A DNA stretch of 54,208 nt from a virus: the IMG/VR virus record IMGVR_UViG_3300029461_000002, one strand, 5' to 3'. A model generated the notes under the pieces. It made no database searches and had not been told where the DNA came from. It worked only from the letters and a program-made list of their open reading frames with translations. This document shows positions 1 to 6,119 of this stretch, piece by piece (the first letter of the stretch is position 1; each line of letters opens with the position of its first letter). The position numbers and the translations under genes are program-made.

Positions 1-208
1 CTATCTTGGCACCGTCGCCGGATGATCCTATCTGGGCATAGTTGCCGGATGATCCTATCTGGGCATAGTTGCCGGATGATCCTATCTGGGCATAGTTGCC
101 GGATGATCCTATCTGGGCACCGTTGCCGGATGATCCTATCTTGGCACCGTAGCCGGATGATCCTATCTGGGCACCGTCGCCGGATGATCCTATCTGGGCA
201 TAGTTGCC
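1..208. repeat. 27-bp tandem repeat array (7 full units at 20-208 plus a partial unit at 1-19 that continues from the window end)
   Basis: Units begin at 20, 47, 74, 101, 128, 155 and 182. Consensus is ggatgatcctatctgggcatagttgcc. Units 1-3 and 7 are identical; units 4-6 differ at 3-4 positions. The array is in frame on the minus strand (9 aa per unit). Confidence 0.95.
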
Positions 209-568
209 GGATGAATTATCCTTCATGCTCGTTTTTATTTTTTCAGGTGATGTGATCTCTTTTAGCCATTCGACTCCAAGATTGATCATGTCTGCCAATT
301 TTAACTCTGCTTTTATTTTTATTTTCGAGGAGCAAATCTTTGTCCCTCTATCCTCCTTGGATATATTTCCGTCTTGCTCTACTTCGCAAAACCTAGAGTC
401 TATCATAGTATAGTAATCAAAAACATCAAACGGGCTTTCGCAAGAGTGAAACCCTCTGCTACACACCTTGATCTCTCCATCCATCTCATATTCCTTGCCT
501 ATTTCATATTGAAAATCCCGGCATTTTAAATTTTTGTCAAATCCCTTGTAAGATTTTATAGCAGCCAT
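1..568 (-). CDS. Nonapeptide-repeat protein, 5' part of a gene that wraps the contig junction (continues 54131->53914)
   Basis: Own minus-strand translation from ATG at 568: MAAIKSYKGFDKNLKCRDFQYEIGKEYEMDGEIKVCSRGFHSCESPFDVFDYYTMIDSRF..., followed by SSG[ND][YG]A[QK]IG-type 9-aa repeats that run off position 1. After removing the 77-nt duplicate, the frame continues exactly into 54131..53914 (568+218=786 nt, 261 codons plus stop). This ORF is absent from the track because it is split by the window edge. Confidence 0.6.
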   Translation of the reverse strand, partial: MAAIKSYKGFDKNLKCRDFQYEIGKEYEMDGEIKVCSRGFHSCESPFDVFDYYTMIDSRFCEVEQDGNISKEDRGTKICSSKIKIKAELKLADMINLGVEWLKEITSPEKIKTSMKDNSSGNYAQIGSSGDGAQIGSSGYGAKIGSSGNGAQIGSSGNYAQIGSSGNYAQIGSSGNYAQIGSSGDGAKI

Positions 569-569
569 T

Positions 570-731
570 TTATTTATCGTTTATTAGTTCTACAATGTCT
601 TTTCTTATCTCTATCAATTCTTCTTTGCTAAGTGTCTTTAATTCGTCTAGGATATCGTCCTTCCTCGATCGATTCGGTCTTGATGGGGCTTGTACCACGT
701 ACAACACCCCGAAATCATTTTTCTGACTCAT
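570..731 (-). CDS. Hypothetical small protein (53 aa)
   Basis: Own translation (ORF not in track): MSQKNDFGVLYVVQAPSRPNRSRKDDILDELKTLSKEELIEIRKDIVELINDK*. The stop lies 1 nt before the ATG of the repeat-protein gene. Overlaps 715..945 by 17 nt. Confidence 0.3.
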   Translation of the reverse strand: MSQKNDFGVLYVVQAPSRPNRSRKDDILDELKTLSKEELIEIRKDIVELINDK

Positions 732-945
732 AAGTCATTATTACGATTTGATTTATCACAACAAATACTGATACTATGCCAAATATCAGTAAATGGATAT
801 GAGAAGGTTTTTCATTCCATTCGAAGATTGCGACTATTGAGGCCAGTCCCAATATTGTAGCTAAGACCATCCTAAAAGTAAAGATGATAATGCTCTTTAT
901 GGCCCGGAATATCTTCCAGAACCATGCTTGGTTTCTCTTTATCAT
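715..945 (-). CDS. Small membrane protein (two hydrophobic helices)
   Basis: 76-aa ORF with hydrophobic stretches IIIFTFRMVLATILGLASIVAIF and LLIFGIVSVFVVINQIVIM. Confidence 0.45.
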   Translation of the reverse strand: MIKRNQAWFWKIFRAIKSIIIFTFRMVLATILGLASIVAIFEWNEKPSHIHLLIFGIVSVFVVINQIVIMTYESEK

Positions 946-1060
946 ATATATTGTTGTTTTTTAAATTCGGAAGAAAGGCCTCATATCCTCACGGACGGAG
1001 ACTTGCTTTGTAAATTGTGACTGATTTTCTGATTGAATAAGCACCCATAGGGGTGAAACG

Positions 1061-1135
1061 TGCTCCCTGCCGGGCTTGAACCGGCGACCTCTCGCTTATG
1101 AGGCGAATGCTCTCGACCAACTGAGCTAAGGGAGC
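1061..1135 (-). tRNA. tRNA with anticodon CAT (Met; possibly Ile2 if lysidine-modified)
   Basis: Manual cloverleaf on the minus strand. Acceptor GCTCCCT/AGGGAGC (7/7 bp), D-stem GCTC/GAGC, anticodon stem TTCGC/GCGAG, loop CTCATAA, variable AGGTC, T-arm GCCGG-TTCAAGC-CCGGC, discriminator A. Length 75 nt, no encoded CCA. Confidence 0.85.
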
Positions 1136-1140
1136 GTTTG

Positions 1141-1161
1141 CCGGGGTGGGATTCCCCGGCA
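1141..1161 (-). other. GC hairpin immediately 5' of the tRNA (gccgggg-tgggatt-ccccggc)
   Basis: 7-bp perfect stem with a 7-nt loop. The loop motif gaatcccac (minus sense) recurs at about 1410-1418, next to another hairpin. Confidence 0.6.
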
Positions 1162-1258
1162 CAGTTTAATAATAACTAATATCTAATTGCCTGCCTCACG
1201 GCAGTATATTAAGGTCTTGGTTGAGAAGTGTATAATAATTAGCAATGTGATTTAAGCG

Positions 1259-1390
1259 TGGTAGCCGGGGGAACTCGAACCCCCTGTAACCCTAGATAAA
1301 TAATAAACAAGATAACCAATCTAACATTGGACGCACGCCTTGATCGTGCGGCTAAACGAATAATATTAAAACTGATCATGGTTTGCTACC
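1259..1390 (-). ncRNA. tRNA-like element, non-canonical (132 nt)
   Basis: On the minus strand the 3' end reads GGGGG-TTCGAGT(T)-CCCCC-GGCTACC-A, a T-arm plus acceptor. A candidate 5' acceptor GGTAGCA at 1390-1384 pairs 6/7. I could not build D or anticodon arms by eye. The body is AT-rich and far too long for a tRNA. Confidence 0.3.
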
Positions 1391-1457
1391 TGCCCTAGCC
1401 ATTTCCTAGGGTGGGATTCTTCTTTCTTTCATGTGATTAACTTGGTTATTAATAGGT

Positions 1458-1772
1458 CTATCGGTCTTTTTCGTCAACATCTTCAACCTCGCTCTCGAGA
1501 TCCTTCTTGATCTCATTGATAGCTTGGATGGTGTTGTCCGCGTTGATAATCGTCTCCTTGTACTCGATCAATTGATTGATCTTGCTCTTGTAATTTACCC
1601 CGTCGTCACCTAGGTTGTTTATCTCCTCGTGATATCGGATGTCGGCTAATACCTTTTGCTCCTCTACGTTGTTTAACGCCGAGTCAAGCGCTCTCATGAT
1701 CTCTTGACTCCTTAACTCTGACAGTCGATCTGTCTGTTTTTTACCCCTAAGGATAGAAAGGATCTTTTTCAT
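1458..1772 (-). CDS. Hypothetical coiled-coil protein
   Basis: 104-aa ORF, charged and heptad-like (NNVEEQKVLADIRYHEEINNL...). Its start overlaps the stop of 1769..1978 by 4 nt. Confidence 0.5.
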   Translation of the reverse strand: MKKILSILRGKKQTDRLSELRSQEIMRALDSALNNVEEQKVLADIRYHEEINNLGDDGVNYKSKINQLIEYKETIINADNTIQAINEIKKDLESEVEDVDEKDR

Positions 1773-1978
1773 ACTCTCAATAATTTTGTCGTTTTTATTA
1801 AATGGATTTTATCGCTAGTGATCGTTGTACATAATGAGGCAAAGGCCATTGAAAATCTATCGCATCTTTCTTTAACGAAAAAACCGTCTAAGCTGCTTAC
1901 ATTGGGATTTCGAGAGATCTCGAATCCATTGCCGGTAAATCCTGTGCCAAGGATATTCCCTTGTAATTCATTTTCCAT
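1769..1978 (-). CDS. Hypothetical protein
   Basis: 69-aa ORF, translationally coupled to 1458..1772. Confidence 0.4.
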   Translation of the reverse strand: MENELQGNILGTGFTGNGFEISRNPNVSSLDGFFVKERCDRFSMAFASLCTTITSDKIHLIKTTKLLRV

Positions 1979-2001
1979 ATTATTTATATATTTAATGTTT
2001 G

Positions 2002-2054
2002 CTCCCCCACAACCTCCAACGGTTTCGAACCCGAATCATAGACGGGTGGGGGAG
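2002..2054 (-). other. GC-clamped three-way hairpin / tRNA-like minihelix
   Basis: The outer 8-bp stem is ctccccca/tgggggag. Inside are cccg-9 nt-cggg, which carries a CAT/ATG triplet, and a GGGTTCGAAACC T-loop-like segment. No full cloverleaf. Confidence 0.25.
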
Positions 2055-2257
2055 TATATCGTACATCCTCCATGATGGTTAACCAATGCCGCCGCCGGCA
2101 TAACACCAAAAGGATACACGGAAGATGTTATCGTAAGCTATATCCCATCGTGGGTCACGGCGCATATATCGCTATCACGTTACCTTGATATAGCCGGGAA
2201 CCTCACGACGTTGAAGGCGTCGCTGCGTTCCGGATCACAATACGTCAAAGATCTTAA

Positions 2258-2365
2258 TGGTGGGCATCCGGGAATCGAACCCGGAGCGGGAGTGAAAGAT
2301 TAACTAAAACCTATATACCTTAAAATGATCCGCTTCCGGCCGTGACGCTTCACTAGCCATGCCCT
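2258..2365 (-). ncRNA. tRNA-like element with perfect T-arm and an ACCA-ending 3' terminus, non-canonical (108 nt)
   Basis: Minus strand 3' end: CCGGG-TTCGATT-CCCGG-ATGCCCA-CCA. A candidate 5' acceptor AGGGCAT at 2365-2359 pairs 6/7 with an A1/A72 mismatch. The interior offers alternative pairings (GTGA-AGCG-TCAC; CCGGAAGCGG with CCCGCTCCGG) but no canonical D or anticodon arms. Confidence 0.3.
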
Positions 2366-2370
2366 TTGTG

Positions 2371-2580
2371 TTAAACGACCTTGTTCCTCTCAAGGAATCG
2401 GTCGATGCTTCTAAGCTCGTACCATATCATGGAGCCGAACTTGGAGAATGATAGCTCCGCTTTTTCCCGCAAGGATCTCAAAAAATCCTCTGAGCATCCG
2501 AGATACGCTCTCGCCTCCGTTTTCGAGAGCCATATCTTTTGGATAGGTTCTACTTTTCCTGTCTTTCTCTCTCGTGCCAT
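2371..2580 (-). CDS. Excisionase / AlpA-like helix-turn-helix DNA-binding protein
   Basis: 69 aa. WLSKTEARAYLGCSEDFLRSLREKAELSFSKFGSMIWYELRSIDRFL matches the MerR-type excisionase-family HTH pattern (from memory). Sits in the lysogeny module. Confidence 0.5.
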   Translation of the reverse strand: MARERKTGKVEPIQKIWLSKTEARAYLGCSEDFLRSLREKAELSFSKFGSMIWYELRSIDRFLERNKVV

Positions 2581-2586
2581 GATCCA

Positions 2587-2760
2587 TTATTTTATTTCAA
2601 CACCTTCGTAAAACTTTAATGCCCTGTCTCTTATCAACCTTGAATTCTCCGTGTTCGTCACCCCGTTTAACGCATCACGAACACATATATCAGAGAATCC
2701 GGTGTCTTTTGCTATTTTTTTTCTTGCCCCATATGGAACTAAAATCTTGTTTCTTTTCAT
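2587..2760 (-). CDS. Cro-like small DNA-binding protein (57 aa)
   Basis: Own translation (below the track cutoff): MKRNKILVPYGARKKIAKDTGFSDICVRDALNGVTNTENSRLIRDRALKFYEGVEIK*. Divergent from the S24 repressor gene and 6 nt upstream of the excisionase-like gene. Confidence 0.4.
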   Translation of the reverse strand: MKRNKILVPYGARKKIAKDTGFSDICVRDALNGVTNTENSRLIRDRALKFYEGVEIK

Positions 2761-2910
2761 GACTATAATTATTTTCCTATATTTGCGTATTAAACTTATA
2801 AGTATCGGTTTCTTATATGAATCCGATGCAAATATATAGACTATATTCTAATAATTCTCATATTAACGAGAATATATACTCAGTATTAACATTAATTATA
2901 CAATACGCTT
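2761..2910. promoter_or_regulatory. Divergent lysis/lysogeny switch region (candidate operators and promoters)
   Basis: 150-bp AT-rich intergenic region between the Cro-like (-) and CI-like (+) genes. Inverted repeats tatttgc...gcaaata enclose atcgg/ccgat, and attctc-atattaac-gagaat is also present. TAtaTTTG (Bacteroides -7-type TAnnTTTG) occurs on both strands. Confidence 0.4.
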
Positions 2911-3612
2911 ATGGATGCAAAAGATAGGATTTCAAAATATATTGATTTTAAAGGTATTAGCGTTTATAAGCTGGAAGTGGATGCAGGATTTTCCAATGGG
3001 TATTGGAGAAAGACAAGAAGCATTTCTGCTAACGCTGTTGAGAATATACTTAGAGTATATTCCGATTTAGATCCCGTATGGGTTATTACAGGGGTAGGCG
3101 ACATGCTAAAGCAACCGTCAACCCAAGAAGCATCCGGAGACATAATCCCTTTGTCCCATCCTAAGACTCCGGACAAGATATATCCGATGTCCGAGTTTAA
3201 CTTATACGATATAGATGTATCTGCTGGGTTAAGTCGTCTATTCTCGGAGGATGGGGATCGGAACAAGGCTTACCTAGGGAAAATATCAATACCGAATATG
3301 CCTAAATGCGACGGTGCAGTAAAGGTGATAGGTGATTCCATGTACCCGTTGCTTAAATCCGGTGATATAATAGCGTACAAAGAGGTGCATAGCATAGAAT
3401 CCGTGCAATACGGTGAGATATACATATTGCAGATCGAGAATGATTCCGACGTGTCCGTCGTGGTTAAATACGTGAAGAAGTCAAGCGAGGGTAACGACTA
3501 CTTGAATCTAGTGTCATATAATAAGGAGCATGACCCGAAGGACGTGAGGAAGGAGAGTATAACGGCGTTGGCGAGAGTTATTTTGTGTATAAGACAGTTT
3601 AGTATAATGTGA
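2911..3612 (+). CDS. CI/LexA-type phage repressor (N-terminal HTH plus C-terminal S24 peptidase)
   Basis: 233 aa. The N-terminal region is HTH-like. The C-terminal region has GDSMYPLLKSGDIIAY (S24 catalytic Ser motif) and a downstream VVKYVKK lysine. Confidence 0.8.
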   Translation: MDAKDRISKYIDFKGISVYKLEVDAGFSNGYWRKTRSISANAVENILRVYSDLDPVWVITGVGDMLKQPSTQEASGDIIPLSHPKTPDKIYPMSEFNLYDIDVSAGLSRLFSEDGDRNKAYLGKISIPNMPKCDGAVKVIGDSMYPLLKSGDIIAYKEVHSIESVQYGEIYILQIENDSDVSVVVKYVKKSSEGNDYLNLVSYNKEHDPKDVRKESITALARVILCIRQFSIM

Positions 3613-3618
3613 TATAAA

Positions 3619-4548
3619 ATGTATTCATTAAATATAAAATGCTTTTTTTTCATTTGTGCTTTTCTTGTATTGTGCGAAGATACGGTATTGCCTCAATCAA
3701 GGAATAGCATATTTGTTGTTCCTAATGGCGGGAATAGTGGAATATCGTTGTTTGAAAACAACCGTTATAAAATATCTTCCGGACAGACACTTATGAGTGT
3801 GAAAAATATGTCAAAATATGATGAGGCTGAAATGATAGGCATCATACAAGACTATGGCATAGTAATTTATAAAAAAGATACATTTTTGGTTAAAATAAAA
3901 GATGTTAAATCTAAAGACGGTTTGAGCATTAATGAATTTATACAAAAGATACGTAATGATGATAGAAAAGCATTATTAGAATGCAAGATTAAGGAGTTGC
4001 ATAGTATGGTTACTCCAGTAAATGGAGACGTTTATGCTAAAGCTAATGAATTATTTGTGTCAAATTCTTTTATTGATGATGATTCTAGGATAATAAACAA
4101 AGGTGATGATTTGTTGCTTTTAGGGTATAATAACGATACTATATATTTTAACAAGGATTTTGGTATTTATTTTACGGTAGCAAAAAATCTCAATTCAGAG
4201 TTGACAAATAATATCCAAGCACAGATAGATAAGATAAAAGAAGATGAATATAGAAAAGAACAATTAAAATTGCAAGAAATTCAAAGAGAAAAAGAAAAAA
4301 AGTTGGAAAAATTGAAACAAGAGCTTTTCCAAAAAAGCAAGGAGCTATATGGAGAGAAATGTGCTAAGGCTATTATTGAAGAGAAAATTTATATAGGAAT
4401 GCCTTCTGGTGCTGTTAAATTATCTTGGGGTAAACCTATAGATATAAATAGGACTATCAGTAAATACGGAACTCGCGAACAGTGGGTATATGGCAATGGG
4501 TGTTATCTTTATTTTGATGATGGGATATTAGAGACAATTCAGGATTAA
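3619..4548 (+). CDS. Secreted/exported hypothetical protein (AT-rich accessory gene)
   Basis: 309 aa with an N-terminal hydrophobic signal-like segment (KCFFFICAFLVLCEDT) and a lysine-rich coiled-coil segment. Visibly lower GC than the flanks. Confidence 0.5.
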   Translation: MYSLNIKCFFFICAFLVLCEDTVLPQSRNSIFVVPNGGNSGISLFENNRYKISSGQTLMSVKNMSKYDEAEMIGIIQDYGIVIYKKDTFLVKIKDVKSKDGLSINEFIQKIRNDDRKALLECKIKELHSMVTPVNGDVYAKANELFVSNSFIDDDSRIINKGDDLLLLGYNNDTIYFNKDFGIYFTVAKNLNSELTNNIQAQIDKIKEDEYRKEQLKLQEIQREKEKKLEKLKQELFQKSKELYGEKCAKAIIEEKIYIGMPSGAVKLSWGKPIDINRTISKYGTREQWVYGNGCYLYFDDGILETIQD

Positions 4549-4629
4549 ATGTATATTCCCAACATTAATGATGGTGCCTGCAAGGGTGATATTGTGCATA
4601 CGGAAGTTTAATATAATGTAAAATGCAAT

Positions 4630-4989
4630 TTGAATATATATATGTATAAGTATTTTTTATTATTCGTTATGTTTGTTTTTATGACATCTTTTAAAGATGG
4701 CATATCAATAGAAGACAGGTTGGTTTCTTTAGAATCAAAAGTAAGTTCTCTTGAAAAAGAAAATAAAGATTTAAAAGATAGGGTATTGTCCTTAGAGAAA
4801 TATATAAATATCAATGATAAAAATGAAGTTGATGTCGAAAACAAAACAAATATAAAAAATGACAATAAAACAAATGTTTACAGATCGACATATTCAGATA
4901 ACAGATGCCAAGCTACAACTAAAAAAGGAGAGCGATGCAAGAGAAATGCTGAGCCCGGAAGTAAATATTGTTGGCAACATAATAAATGA
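4630..4989 (+). CDS. Membrane-anchored coiled-coil protein with C-terminal Cys-rich motif
   Basis: 119 aa. N-terminal TM (YFLLFVMFVFMTSF), a heptad region, and C-terminal CQATTKKGERCKRNAEPGSKYCWQH. Confidence 0.45.
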   Translation: MNIYMYKYFLLFVMFVFMTSFKDGISIEDRLVSLESKVSSLEKENKDLKDRVLSLEKYININDKNEVDVENKTNIKNDNKTNVYRSTYSDNRCQATTKKGERCKRNAEPGSKYCWQHNK

Positions 4990-5034
4990 TCTTATGTATA
5001 AGCATTTAAGATTATTGATATTGGATAAAACAAC

Positions 5035-5277
5035 ATGGGAAACTGGGAGAAAAAGCAGGATGAGAAACGGGACATCCGTGAGCGAGAAAGGGTTTCAAAA
5101 GAAACACTCGGTAAGTTCTTTTATGACCTTTCCAAATTGTCTTTTGCGGCATTAGTGATAGGGAGCGTTGCGTCGGTTGTTATAAATAAGAATAACATTG
5201 ATTCTTATATTATCATGTCAATTGGGGCATTTGTGACTTACATATTTGCTTATATTGGGTATAAAATAATAAAGTAA
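5035..5277 (+). CDS. Small membrane protein
   Basis: 80 aa with two hydrophobic helices (LSFAALVIGSVASVVI; IIMSIGAFVTYIFAYIGY). Confidence 0.45.
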   Translation: MGNWEKKQDEKRDIRERERVSKETLGKFFYDLSKLSFAALVIGSVASVVINKNNIDSYIIMSIGAFVTYIFAYIGYKIIK

Positions 5278-5284
5278 AATAGAT

Positions 5285-5389
5285 ATGGGAGCATTAATAG
5301 GATTATTCTGCATAATGGCAGTTGTAGGATCAGCCATAGCGATTTGGCTTAATACTAAGTCTGGTAAAAAGTGGTTGGAAAGCCTTTAA
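5285..5389 (+). CDS. Tiny single-TM peptide (34 aa)
   Basis: Own translation: MGALIGLFCIMAVVGSAIAIWLNTKSGKKWLESL*. Short and unverified. Confidence 0.25.
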   Translation: MGALIGLFCIMAVVGSAIAIWLNTKSGKKWLESL

Positions 5390-5400
5390 TTGATATTCTC

Positions 5401-5431
5401 GTGGGTCTCATTATATAATATAGAGACCCAC
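5401..5431. terminator. Hairpin between convergent genes (gtgggtctc - 13 nt - gagacccac)
   Basis: 9-bp perfect stem between the plus-strand accessory island and minus-strand ORF 5442..5681. No clear T-run on either strand. Confidence 0.4.
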
Positions 5432-5441
5432 ATTGAAAGAA

Positions 5442-5681
5442 TCAAGCCTCGCTATATCTGTACTCGACAAGATATCTGGTCAAGTCCATGAGATCGGACA
5501 TGCAATAACGGGCTTTTTCCGCAATATCCGATTCCGATATTAGCATCTCCTTGGATATGAACAATAGGCTCAATACAAGTGAATTTGAGATACTTGATAT
5601 AGACTTGCCAAGCTGCGCTAGATCGCATACTTGATTCTCTGTGAGGTCGGGGAACCTCTTTTTAAATTCGCACGATTCCAT
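5442..5681 (-). CDS. Hypothetical protein
   Basis: 79-aa ORF convergent with the accessory island. Confidence 0.4.
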   Translation of the reverse strand: MESCEFKKRFPDLTENQVCDLAQLGKSISSISNSLVLSLLFISKEMLISESDIAEKARYCMSDLMDLTRYLVEYRYSEA

Positions 5682-6037
5682 GTGTTATAGATTTAATGCC
5701 GGACGTGATTGACCGTACTTTTATAAAACATCTGGTAGGCGAATAAGTTCAACGGGTGATGGGTATTTATCGGGTATTTCCATTAATAAATAGTTAGCCT
5801 GTGACAATATACCCAAGGAGGTATGATTCAAGGCGAATAATGTTGTGTCGTAATCTTGTTGCAAATATATTTTATTTGCATCTTAAATATATGAATATTA
5901 ATCTTTTATGTGTTTGTAATAAATGTTTACGAAACATATATGTATAACTTCTTGCTTGTTTTGTTATTGTATTGATAATTAGTGTTTTGTGCTTTGTTTG
6001 TTATAAAAAGAAGAATACGTTTTACTTAATTAACTGC

Positions 6038-6105
6038 GGTTATCTATGGTTATCTATGGTTATATTGTAGCTTTGTGTCGCAAATTTGTCGCAAATTTGC
6101 GACAC
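6038..6105. promoter_or_regulatory. Direct repeats and palindrome immediately upstream of int (candidate arm-type/operator sites or attP-proximal sites)
   Basis: ggttatctat occurs twice and is followed by ggttatattg (6038-6067). gtcgcaaattt occurs twice (6078-6099). A perfect 18-bp palindrome tgtcgcaaa|tttgcgaca lies at 6087-6104. Confidence 0.5.
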
Positions 6106-6119
6106 AAAAAACAAACATC

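Noticed and set aside
1-208. Possible CRISPR array, because of regularly spaced repeats.
   Set aside because: The 27-bp units are directly contiguous with no spacers, and they are in frame within a coding sequence.
22-255. Plus-strand ORF MILSGHSCRMILSGHSCR... across the tandem repeats.
   Set aside because: It is an artefact of reading the 27-bp repeat in another frame and strand. The minus-strand frame links a plausible N-terminal domain, the repeats and a C-terminal domain across the junction, so the minus strand is the coding one.
1060-1136. An initiator-tRNA-like C1/A72 mismatch in the tRNA(CAT).
   Set aside because: This came from my first mis-registered fold. Shifting the 5' end by one base gives a perfect 7-bp acceptor stem and correct U8 and D-stem spacing, so there is no mismatch.
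2258-2365. tmRNA hypothesis, prompted by the T-arm and the ACCA-ending 3' terminus.
   Set aside because: The element is only about 108 nt between the complementary acceptor strands, and I found no tag-peptide reading frame or pseudoknot-rich body.
6075-6119. GTG start at 6075 for the integrase.
   Set aside because: This extension is encoded by the direct repeats and palindrome (MSQICRKFATQKTNI). The ATG at 6120 gives the typical integrase N-terminus.
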